From Candidatus Pacearchaeota archaeon (GTDB taxonomy: Archaea > Nanobdellota > Nanobdellia > Pacearchaeales > GW2011-AR1), in contig JAGLIS010000002.1 in NCBI GenBank assembly GCA_023142835.1, forward strand, positions 1 to 34,805: a DNA stretch of 34,805 nucleotides, written 5' to 3'. Positions 1 to 7,411 of this stretch are shown here, in pieces. Within the stretch, counting starts at the first letter, position 1. Each line of letters starts with the position of its first letter. The notes under the pieces were generated by a model. It saw only the letters and a list, made by a program, of their open reading frames with translations. It did not search any database and was not told where the DNA came from. Position numbers and translations under genes: made by a program.

Positions 1-1598
1 TTATCAAATTTTACAGACATCTCAATAGGTAATTTGCCTTCCCTACGAGCATTCTTTACAGCACCAGTAAACATCTCTACCTCATCAGTAACTCCAATAA
101 ATCTTCCATTATAGAAAATATCAATATTTCCCTCATCACCTTTTTTCGCAAATCCTTTCAAGATATCTAAAATCTCTCGAGAATCCATAAAAGTTCTTGT
201 CGAAATCCTCGCAAGTAAAGCTAAATTTTTCCTCAAACCAATTTCAGTTCCTTCAGGAGTTTCAACAGGACAAAACCTCCCATAATGAGTTGGATGAACA
301 GTTCGAGCAGCCAAGTTCTCTTGCTCACCTGGAAGAGTAGAAGTCACTCTCTGTAATTGAGACATAACTGAAAAAGAATTATTCATATCCATATTCTGAG
401 TCACACCATTTCTCTCACCAATCCACGAACCAGTCGCAATCGCACTCTCTATTCGATGAGTAAACAAAGTCGACTTAGCAATAGTTTTAATCGAGAAAAA
501 CTTACGTCTCTTCACAGTCTTCTGCAAGGTATGTTGAACCTCTCGAAGAAGAATATTCATATTCACCCTAAACAAATCAGACAATAAATCTCCCGAAAGC
601 CTAACTCTCTTATTAGCGTAATGGTCCTTATCAGTCATAGAATCCTTAGGATTTTCTTTTGTAATATAAAACTGTTTAATAAATTTACAAAGAGTTTTAG
701 CTTTCTCAAGACGAGTTTCCTTATCCAACCCAATATGTGGTAAAAAATAAGAATCAATCCTTTGCTTAACTCTATCAAGCATTTCCTTGTTAGTCCCTTG
801 CAAAGAACTCTTTTCAGCAATCCACATCAAAGCATCATTAACATTAACAACATTCGCAAACTCATAAAAATTAACAATTAATCCATCTGTCTGCTTTCTA
901 ACAAGATTAGCAATCTCTGCATCACTAGTAAGACCTAATGCCTTTAACAAAACCATTGCAGGAATATCCCTAAACCTCGAGAAAGAAATTTCCAATATTC
1001 CTTCAGAACTCTCAACTAGAGAAACAGGAATCTTATAAGCATCTTTTTGAGAAAACAAACGCAACATCAATCTCTTTTTAATCTTCTGCCATTCAATAAA
1101 AGTTTGATTCGACGCCAAATCCTCTGCCATAACCATAACTCTCTCATTACCATTAATCAAAAAATAACCTCCAGTATCCTTAGGATCGATATAATTTTTA
1201 ATCAAATCCTCTTCATTCATCCCATGAAGATTACAAGCTCCACTCTTAATCATAATCGGAATTCGTCCCAACTCTACATTCTCCGTCTCAACCTGTCCCG
1301 CATAATTAATCGTCATCTCCATCCAAATTGGAGCCGAATAAGTCAATTTCCTCAACCTCGCCTCAGCAGGAGTCACCAACTTAGAAGAACCATCAGATTC
1401 AACCATATTTGGTTTACCTACAGAAATCTTCCCCAACTTAATTTCAAAATCCTCATTAGGCAATGAATCAGAAAGTCCCGTCACAATTTCTTGCATCCGA
1501 ATCCCAACAAAATTATCAAAAGACCTAATATTAGATTCAACCAACGAATGATTCTTCAAAAACTCCCTAACTAAAATATGATTATTCGCTACAACCAT
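1..1598 (-). CDS. rpoB: DNA-directed RNA polymerase subunit B (Rpo2), N-terminal ~532 codons; the rest of the gene lies beyond the left window edge
   Basis: Absent from the ORF track because it has no in-window stop. My minus-strand translation from ATG (complement of 1596-1598) reads MVVANNHILVREFLKNHSLVESNIRSFDNF... and stays open to position 3. It contains the conserved VHPTHYGRFCPVETPEGTEIG motif (about 240-300). The start lies 1 nt after the rpoH stop, matching the conserved archaeal rpoH-rpoB order. Confidence 0.9.
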   Translation of the reverse strand, partial: MVVANNHILVREFLKNHSLVESNIRSFDNFVGIRMQEIVTGLSDSLPNEDFEIKLGKISVGKPNMVESDGSSKLVTPAEARLRKLTYSAPIWMEMTINYAGQVETENVELGRIPIMIKSGACNLHGMNEEDLIKNYIDPKDTGGYFLINGNERVMVMAEDLASNQTFIEWQKIKKRLMLRLFSQKDAYKIPVSLVESSEGILEISFSRFRDIPAMVLLKALGLTSDAEIANLVRKQTDGLIVNFYEFANVVNVNDALMWIAEKSSLQGTNKEMLDRVKQRIDSYFLPHIGLDKETRLEKAKTLCKFIKQFYITKENPKDSMTDKDHYANKRVRLSGDLLSDLFRVNMNILLREVQHTLQKTVKRRKFFSIKTIAKSTLFTHRIESAIATGSWIGERNGVTQNMDMNNSFSVMSQLQRVTSTLPGEQENLAARTVHPTHYGRFCPVETPEGTEIGLRKNLALLARISTRTFMDSREILDILKGFAKKGDEGNIDIFYNGRFIGVTDEVEMFTGAVKNARREGKLPIEMSVKFD

Positions 1599-1599
1599 T

Positions 1600-1803
1600 T
1601 TAAATGACCACCCTGAAGTAAACTTCAGCAAACTCACCCTTTCGCTCAATCTTTACAACATCGCCAGTATTACACCCTTCCGGAAGCGCCGAATCCTTCT
1701 TAGAGATTTTAGGTAACTGTGCCAAAGCAATATTAAACTTAGCTAAAACCCGTTCAGCCTCGTCGGAATTCAGTTTCGTGTGCTTTGGTTGTAGGACGTG
1801 CAT
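1600..1803 (-). CDS. rpoH: DNA-directed RNA polymerase subunit H (Rpo5), 67 aa
   Basis: The ORF 1600..1845 contains MHVLQPKHTKLNSDEAERVLAKFNIALAQLPKISKKDSALPEGCNTGDVVKIERKGEFAEVYFRVVI, the typical RpoH pattern (H..VPKH ... LPKI ... GDVVKI.R ... YR.V). I chose the internal ATG at 1803 because the upstream 14 codons are low-complexity and a TATA-like box sits about 20-25 nt upstream of 1803. Confidence 0.85.
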   Translation of the reverse strand: MHVLQPKHTKLNSDEAERVLAKFNIALAQLPKISKKDSALPEGCNTGDVVKIERKGEFAEVYFRVVI

Positions 1804-1964
1804 TTCTAATTTTAGAATATAAATTTTAGATAAGAAAAATATCAAAAATAGCTTTAAAAACTTTTTGCTTTTATTATTTTAAAGTAGTTCGAGCAAAAAT
1901 TGGATATTACAATCTATTTCCAAATCCCACAAGTTTTTAAACCAAAATTTCTCATAAACATTAT

Positions 1965-2039
1965 GGCTCCGTAGCTCAGCCTGGCTAGAGCACTGGACTT
2001 TTAATCCAGGTGTCGGGGGTTCAAATCCCCTCGGGGCCA
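1965..2039 (+). tRNA. tRNA-Lys (anticodon UUU), 75 nt, no intron, CCA not encoded
   Basis: Hand-folded cloverleaf. Acceptor GGCTCCG/CGGGGCC (one G-U pair); D stem GCTC/GAGC; anticodon stem CTGGA/TCCAG with loop CTTTTAA; T stem GGGGG/CCCCT with loop TTCAAAT; discriminator A. TATA-like GTTTTTAAACC lies about 27 nt upstream. Confidence 0.85.
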
Positions 2040-2074
2040 TGAAGATTTGTTGCTTGGCTTCGCCCAAATTTTAA

Positions 2075-2120
2075 TTTTAATTTTTCTTTCCCTCCCTAAC
2101 GATACGAGAGATAAGCCCGC
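2075..2120. repeat. Left arm of a two-block inverted repeat: block A 2075-2089 TTTTAATTTTTCTTT, block B 2106-2120 GAGAGATAAGCCCGC
   Basis: Exact reverse complements of 2994-3008 and 2941-2955, in mirrored order. The two arms flank the 170-aa nucleotidyltransferase ORF. Confidence 0.7.
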
Positions 2121-2333
2121 AGTCCTTCGGACAAATAGCTTTTTGTCTTTGACAAAAATAGAAAAACTTCTTTTATCAGACCAATGAAAACAAGCCACGA
2201 AATTAAAATTTCGCATAACCAAGGATAAAAGGTTCGCTTTCGCTCACGCAAATTTTTCATTTAATTAGAAATAATCTTCCCCAAAAGTTTTTCAAAAAAG
2301 AATTTATAATAGAAACTATTTTGAAACAACAAG

Positions 2334-2846
2334 TTATTTTTTACTCATAAATTTTTTTAGATATTGGACTTTTTTTCCTAGCTTTACTTTTTCTTCTGGT
2401 ACCAGCTTATACCCCCTGTAATAAGTATCGTAAAGATCTTGAATAGTCACTAATTTTACAGGAATTCCATAGAAATCTGCACTGACTGTTTTTTTGGGAA
2501 GACTTCCCTGTTTTATGCCTTTACAACCTTTACCCATCCTATCAATATCTATTTTTAATTTTTCTTTTTTAATTTCTAGAGTATCCCATTCAGGCATAAA
2601 TTTAAATTTAAATTTACTTTTTTCTAAAGCTTGCATGACTTTTGGATAATCTTTCTCTTTAATTAGAATATCAATATCATGAACCCTGAGACTTTCATCT
2701 TTTGTATGAAAAAAAGTAGCATAACTTGAATATATTACAAAATTTATTTTATTCTCCTTTAAGATCAAGAGTATCTTTTTAGCAAAGGGCAAAAGCTTCT
2801 TGAAATGTTCTTTATTCTTTGGAAAGATATTTGTTTTCTTCACCAT
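2334..2846 (-). CDS. Pol-beta-superfamily nucleotidyltransferase-fold protein, 170 aa, function unknown
   Basis: From the ORF track. ...FVIYSSYATFFHTKDESLRVHDIDILI... matches the minimal NTase pattern ([GS]-S ... D-x-D). TATA-like TATTTAAAA lies about 27 nt upstream on the minus strand (about 2869-2877). Confidence 0.55.
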   Translation of the reverse strand: MVKKTNIFPKNKEHFKKLLPFAKKILLILKENKINFVIYSSYATFFHTKDESLRVHDIDILIKEKDYPKVMQALEKSKFKFKFMPEWDTLEIKKEKLKIDIDRMGKGCKGIKQGSLPKKTVSADFYGIPVKLVTIQDLYDTYYRGYKLVPEEKVKLGKKVQYLKKFMSKK

Positions 2847-2940
2847 CTTTATTTTATTAGAAATTTATGTTTTAAATACTTAGTGAAAATTTTCTAACCC
2901 CAGATTATTTCATTTTCTTTTTTCTAAAAAGAAACAAAAA

Positions 2941-3008
2941 GCGGGCTTATCTCTCTAATACATTGGTCGTCTTACCGTCCTCCCCCAACCTGAAAAGAAA
3001 AATTAAAA
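2941..3008. repeat. Right arm of the inverted repeat: block B' 2941-2955 GCGGGCTTATCTCTC, block A' 2994-3008 AAAGAAAAATTAAAA
   Basis: Exact reverse complements of 2106-2120 and 2075-2089. The spacer between blocks is 38 nt here versus 16 nt in the left arm. Confidence 0.7.
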
Positions 3009-3133
3009 CTCTGCGTCGCTTCGCTCCTTGCCACGCCTTGCAGGCTCTCACTTCGTTCCGCTCTGTAAAATTAACTTCTCATAACTCTATGTAGCATATA
3101 AATTCTTATAAATAAATAAATCTCTTTCTAATT

Positions 3134-3757
3134 ATGATTCAGCTTTATCTAGGCCCTATGAAATCTGGAAAAAGTACTAGACTTATAGAATATTTTAAGA
3201 GGTTAAGTATTGCAAATATTCCTTATGTTATTTTTCAGCCTTCAATCAATATTAGAGATGGGGACAAAATTCAATCTCGCAATGGGACTTCCTTGTCCGC
3301 TTCTCCCATAGATTTTAATGATAAAAACTATTTAGTTAATATGGCTAATGCCATGAATAATGTTGATTTCATCGGTATAGACGAGATTTTTATGTTTCCA
3401 GAGTTTGATAGTGGTAGCAATTCTTTTGTGGATCTTATTCGTTTTTTTGGGAGGGAGAAAAATATTATTATAGCGTCTCTTGATAGCGATTTTCGTGGTA
3501 ACATTTTTCCCATAGTCAATAATTTGATGAAGATTCCAGAAATCCGTATTGAGAAGCTGACTGCAATATGTCATTATTGTAAACAAGAAGCTACCAGAAC
3601 GCAAAAATATATTAAAGGACAACCAGCTAATTACAACTCTTCCACAGAAGTTTCCGTAGAGGGGGTGGATAAAAATGTATCTTACGTTCCAGTCTGTGCA
3701 GGATGTCATAAGGTTCCGGGAAAACCAAATTTAAAAATACCCTTCGGGAAATTTTAG
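3134..3757 (+). CDS. tdk: Thymidine kinase
   Basis: MIQLYLGPMKSGKSTRLIE (P-loop), IGIDEIFMF (Walker B-like), DSDFRGNIF, and C-terminal zinc-ribbon cysteines CHYC...CAGCH. This is the typical TK1-type layout. TATA-like CTTATAAATAAA lies about 26 nt upstream. Confidence 0.9.
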   Translation: MIQLYLGPMKSGKSTRLIEYFKRLSIANIPYVIFQPSINIRDGDKIQSRNGTSLSASPIDFNDKNYLVNMANAMNNVDFIGIDEIFMFPEFDSGSNSFVDLIRFFGREKNIIIASLDSDFRGNIFPIVNNLMKIPEIRIEKLTAICHYCKQEATRTQKYIKGQPANYNSSTEVSVEGVDKNVSYVPVCAGCHKVPGKPNLKIPFGKF

Positions 3758-3851
3758 AGTTAAATACTAATAAGTTCAAATCCCCTGTAGAAATTTAAAA
3801 CTCCCCAACCAAAACCTCTTAATTTAAATAATCTAATCGTCACTACCCCTT

Positions 3852-4265
3852 ATGCCTTACAATTTTTTAGAACATACTGCAGACGTAAAATTTAGAATTG
3901 AAAGTCCGACTCTAGAAGAAATGTTCAGTTCATCTGCCGACGCCTTAAACGAAACAATCCGTGGAAATATTAAAATTTTAGAACAAAAAGAAAAGAATTT
4001 TGAAATCGAAGGAAAAGACTTAGAAGAACTACTTTATAATTTCTTAGAAGAACTTTTATTTTTATTAGATACTGAAAATTTTTTAATATCAAAAATTAAA
4101 GACATCAAAATTGACCTAGAAAACAAAAAACTAAAATGCGTTGCCACTGGGGACAAAGCAGAAAATTACAAATTTACCAATGATGTAAAAGCAATAACCT
4201 ATCACGAAATGTTCATCAAAGAAAAAAATGGCAAATTCATCTGCGAGGTAACCTTGGATGTATAA
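3852..4265 (+). CDS. Archease (RtcB activator/chaperone)
   Basis: The N-terminus MPYNFLEHTADVKFRIESPTLEEMF is the archease signature (F.EHTAD...). Size is 137 aa. It overlaps the downstream rtcB by 8 nt. Confidence 0.9.
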   Translation: MPYNFLEHTADVKFRIESPTLEEMFSSSADALNETIRGNIKILEQKEKNFEIEGKDLEELLYNFLEELLFLLDTENFLISKIKDIKIDLENKKLKCVATGDKAENYKFTNDVKAITYHEMFIKEKNGKFICEVTLDV

Positions 4266-5676
4266 AAAACAATTAAAAAAAATATCTGAAACAGAATATG
4301 AACTTCCAAAAACTGGAAAAATGAATGTTCCCGGAAAATTATTTTTATCTGAGAAACTCTTAAACGACGTCGAGGAAAACGCCTTAAAACAAATTGCCAA
4401 TGTTGCAATGCTACAGGGAATTCAAAAATACTCTATAGGTCTTTCAGATATGCATCTAGGCTACGGTTTCCCCATCGGTGGCGTCGCTGCATTTGACATA
4501 GAAACAGGAGTTATCAGTCCGGGAGGAGTCGGCTACGACATTAACTGTTCAGTCCGTTTACTAAAAACAAACTTAAAAGAAACAGATTTAAGAGGAAGAG
4601 AAAAAGAAATTACACATTCACTATTCAGAACAATCCCTTCAGGAGTCGGTCGCGGGGGAAAATTAAATCTCAATGAAAACGAACTAAATAATGTCCTTAC
4701 CGACGGAGCACAATGGGCAGTTGAAAAAGGTTATGGCAAAAAAGAAGATTACTTGCATACCGAAGAAAACGGAAAATTAGAAAATGCTGACCCTTCAGCA
4801 GTATCAAAAAGAGCAAAAAGCAGAGGAATGCCCCAATTAGGTTCGCTAGGAGCAGGCAACCATTTTTTAGATATATTAATCGTAGATGAAATTTTTGATA
4901 AAAGTATAGCAAAAGTTTTCGGTTTAGAAAAAGGACAAGTTGTCATTATGATTCACTGTGGTTCTCGAGGACTCGGACACCAAGTAGCATCAGATTATAT
5001 CAAACTAATGGACGATAAATACGGACATCCAGATTTTGATAGGGGATTAGTAAATGCTCCAATAAAATCAGAACTCGGACAAAAATATCTAACCGCCATG
5101 AACTGTGCTGCAAATTTTGCATTCGCAAATAAACAATTAATCACTCACTGGATTCGCGAAGATATGAAACATTATTTCCCAAATTTCAAGACAGAAGTTG
5201 TCTATGATATCTGCCACAACATTGCAAAATTTGAAGAGCACATTATCGACGGAGAAAAGAAAGAAGTTTTAGTTATGAGAAAAGGAGCAACAAGATCTTT
5301 TGGTCCAGGTAGAAAAGAAATTCCAGAAGATTATAGGAAAGTTGGTCAACCAGTTTTAATTCCAGGCTCGATGGGAACCTCAAGTTATGTTTTATGTGGA
5401 ACAAAAAAAGCAGAGGAAATTTCATTTGGTTCTACAGCACACGGGGCGGGAAGGATAAAAAGCCGAACTCAGGCACACAAAGATATGACTTTTGAAGAAG
5501 CAAAAAAAGACATGGAAAAACGAGGAATTTTTGTTGAATTCGGCAACCAAAAAGGTTTGATTGAAGAATCCCCATTTTCCTATAAAAATATTGAAGAAGT
5601 TGCTAGAGTTTCTCACGAGGCTGGTATTGGGAATAAAGTTGCGAAGCTGAAACCGTTGTTAGTTATCATAGGTTAG
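4258..5676 (+). CDS. rtcB: RNA-splicing ligase RtcB (3'-phosphate/5'-hydroxyl RNA ligase)
   Basis: 472 aa with GYDINCSVRLL, GAGNHFL, HCGSRGLGHQV and GSMGTSSY..STAHGAGR motifs. Normal length, so no intein. Confidence 0.95.
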   Translation: MYKKQLKKISETEYELPKTGKMNVPGKLFLSEKLLNDVEENALKQIANVAMLQGIQKYSIGLSDMHLGYGFPIGGVAAFDIETGVISPGGVGYDINCSVRLLKTNLKETDLRGREKEITHSLFRTIPSGVGRGGKLNLNENELNNVLTDGAQWAVEKGYGKKEDYLHTEENGKLENADPSAVSKRAKSRGMPQLGSLGAGNHFLDILIVDEIFDKSIAKVFGLEKGQVVIMIHCGSRGLGHQVASDYIKLMDDKYGHPDFDRGLVNAPIKSELGQKYLTAMNCAANFAFANKQLITHWIREDMKHYFPNFKTEVVYDICHNIAKFEEHIIDGEKKEVLVMRKGATRSFGPGRKEIPEDYRKVGQPVLIPGSMGTSSYVLCGTKKAEEISFGSTAHGAGRIKSRTQAHKDMTFEEAKKDMEKRGIFVEFGNQKGLIEESPFSYKNIEEVARVSHEAGIGNKVAKLKPLLVIIG

Positions 5677-5706
5677 ATTAATAAATATAAGGATTCTTAT
5701 TTTATC

Positions 5707-6741
5707 ATGGTGATTTCAAATTTGCTTGGGTTTTTTCTTCCGCTAATTTTTTTAGTAGGAATTGTCACGAGTTACACTGACATTCGACAAGGGAAAATTT
5801 TCAATAAACATCTTTTATGGGCATTGGTAATTATGATAATTATTTATCTTGTTATTTTGATTGGACCATGGTTACTTGAGGATAATTATTTCTTTAATCT
5901 TGGATTAAATTTTTTGATATCCTTTGTAATCGGATTTTTGTTTTGGCATTTAGGACTCTGGAGTGCAGCAGATTCTAAACTATTTGCATTATATTCTCTT
6001 TTAATTCCCCTAACAGTTTATTCCAAAACCTATTATTCTTTTTTTCCTTCATTAACCCTATTGATTAATTCCTTTGTCCCATTTTTCGTAGGATTTTCTT
6101 TAAAATCTTTCTTTACAGATTCTATTGATCAAAGGAAAAAATTCTTTTCAAATATCAGTATAAAGGATATTATTACTCTCATTATGCTAATTTTTGTTAT
6201 GATGTGGATTCCTTCGTTATTTTTTAAGGTTTTAAATATTCAATTTCTTTTTATAATTAGTTTAGCAATAATGTTTGGATTGGCATTTATTTTAAAAAAA
6301 CTTTTTGATAAAAATCTTTTTTTTGTTATGATTGGTTTGACCATCGTTAGAATTATTTTTGATTATGCTTATGTTAGTACTTTTGAATTTTTAAAACAGT
6401 TCTTTTATCTTTCGATTTTGCTTATTATAATTTTTATGTTGATTAATTCTAGTTCGCAGTTTTTTGTGAAGAAAATTTGGATTAACAATATTAGACCTGG
6501 GATGATTCTTGCTGGAAAAGTGTATGATGGGGAAAAAGAACTCAAGTTGGAACACCCGGCGGAAGGTCTTACAATAAAGGATGTGAAAAAAATCATGAGA
6601 CTATATAAAAATAAAAAGATTGGAGACGAAGTGAATATTTATCAGACGATTCCATTTGCTCCATTTATATTTGCTGGGGCTTTACTTACAATTGTTCTTC
6701 GTGGAGATTTTCTAATTTCTTTGATAAAACTTCTTACATGA
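5707..6741 (+). CDS. A24-family aspartic prepilin/preflagellin peptidase (PibD/FlaK/EppA-like) with a soluble insert before the last TM helix
   Basis: Polytopic membrane ORF. First Asp context is SYTDIRQGKI; the second lies in WSAADSKLFA (G-x-G-D-like). The terminal IPFAPFIFAGALL resembles the PFGP..L end of PilD/FlaK-family enzymes. Residues about 255-315 are hydrophilic. Confidence 0.7.
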   Translation: MVISNLLGFFLPLIFLVGIVTSYTDIRQGKIFNKHLLWALVIMIIIYLVILIGPWLLEDNYFFNLGLNFLISFVIGFLFWHLGLWSAADSKLFALYSLLIPLTVYSKTYYSFFPSLTLLINSFVPFFVGFSLKSFFTDSIDQRKKFFSNISIKDIITLIMLIFVMMWIPSLFFKVLNIQFLFIISLAIMFGLAFILKKLFDKNLFFVMIGLTIVRIIFDYAYVSTFEFLKQFFYLSILLIIIFMLINSSSQFFVKKIWINNIRPGMILAGKVYDGEKELKLEHPAEGLTIKDVKKIMRLYKNKKIGDEVNIYQTIPFAPFIFAGALLTIVLRGDFLISLIKLLT

Positions 6742-6756
6742 TTTAGTGTAATAATT

Positions 6757-6764
6757 CTTATATA
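6757..6764 (+). promoter_or_regulatory. TATA-like box (CTTATATA) about 25 nt upstream of the 6786 ATG; implies a leaderless transcript for the Hxs-like operon
   Basis: Position and sequence only. The same spacing recurs at many genes in this window. Confidence 0.35.
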
Positions 6765-6785
6765 GGGTATGAACTTTGTTTTTAT

Positions 6786-7193
6786 ATGGAGATTCATCAT
6801 GAAGATAACTTTGTATTAATTGAAATAAATCCAGAGATTTATCTATTGGAAGTCGTTTATTCTGCAGCTTATGTTTTTTTAGATAGAGCCTATATTCGGC
6901 TTGATGGCGACGCTGACAAAAAGATAATTGTTGAGTTGAGACCTAAAGAAGATTATTCCTTGGAACAACTAAAGAATGAATTCAATAATGAGTTGCTTAA
7001 TTATGCGTTCCATAAATCTCAGATTGAAAATTCAGGAGACATACGGAATATTTTGATGCAACGGGCTCTTTTTATTCCAGAGATAAATAAAATTGAAAAA
7101 GACGATTTATTGAATGAAGAATTTTCTGGAGATCCTAATGAAATTTTTTCACTTGAAGATTCTTCAGAAAACGAAGTTCCGTGGGAGGAATGA
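6786..7193 (+). CDS. HxsD-like protein (His-Xaa-Ser system accessory protein) with an acidic C-terminal tail
   Basis: 135 aa. ...LKNEFNNELLNYAFHKSQ... resembles the LLNDYxLRE signature that I recall naming the HxsD family. The context also supports it (rSAM/SPASM plus a His-x-Ser repeat peptide downstream). The stop overlaps the next start (ATGATG at 7190-7195). Confidence 0.5.
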   Translation: MEIHHEDNFVLIEINPEIYLLEVVYSAAYVFLDRAYIRLDGDADKKIIVELRPKEDYSLEQLKNEFNNELLNYAFHKSQIENSGDIRNILMQRALFIPEINKIEKDDLLNEEFSGDPNEIFSLEDSSENEVPWEE

Positions 7194-7411
7194 TGGAAAG
7201 TTTTGAGACCTTTTTAAATTTGAAATTCTACAACATTGATTCTATAGAAGAATCGATTGAAGATTTTGGAGAAGTTTGTGACATTTTTTTTGATAAGTGT
7301 TCGGGGGAGATAAAAGTTATATCTTTCGACGCTGAGACGAGTTCCGAGGAAATTTTTCGAGAATTTTGCAATTATGTTTTGGGGGTTATGAAAAATAATC
7401 AAGTAATATGA
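7190..7411 (+). CDS. Small acidic protein (73 aa), apparent short paralogue of the preceding HxsD-like protein
   Basis: The ORF track starts at GTG 7181. I prefer ATG 7190 (or 7193), which is preceded by GGGAGG (7183-7188) and overlaps the upstream TGA. ...SSEEIFREFCNYVLGV... parallels SLEQLKNEFNNELLNYAF in the upstream protein. It overlaps the rSAM start (ATGA at 7408-7411). Confidence 0.45.
   Translation: MMESFETFLNLKFYNIDSIEESIEDFGEVCDIFFDKCSGEIKVISFDAETSSEEIFREFCNYVLGVMKNNQVI

Noticed and set aside
635-1466. ORFs 635..820(-) and 1047..1466(+) from the track
   Set aside because: Both lie inside the well-supported rpoB reading frame (different frame or antisense). Their translations are low-complexity and typical of AT-rich shadow ORFs.
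1879-2222. ORFs 1879..2067(-) and 2001..2222(-)
   Set aside because: They overlap the tRNA-Lys gene on the opposite strand, have no motifs and no promoter or RBS context. They are spurious.
2041-3133. Split-tRNA halves, SRP RNA or RNase P RNA in the long non-coding flanks of the NTase gene
   Set aside because: I found no T-loop or anticodon-arm halves next to the GC-rich repeat blocks, and no conserved SRP (GNAR/5e) or RNase P (GGAAAGUCC-type) motifs. The question stays open for a covariance-model scan.
3328-5616. Antisense ORFs inside tdk, archease and rtcB (3328..3519, 3332..3709, 4131..4400, 4202..4408, 4697..4912, 4749..4946, 5422..5616)
   Set aside because: They are fully embedded antisense to genes with strong family motifs, and their composition-driven translations are rich in F/L/I/K.
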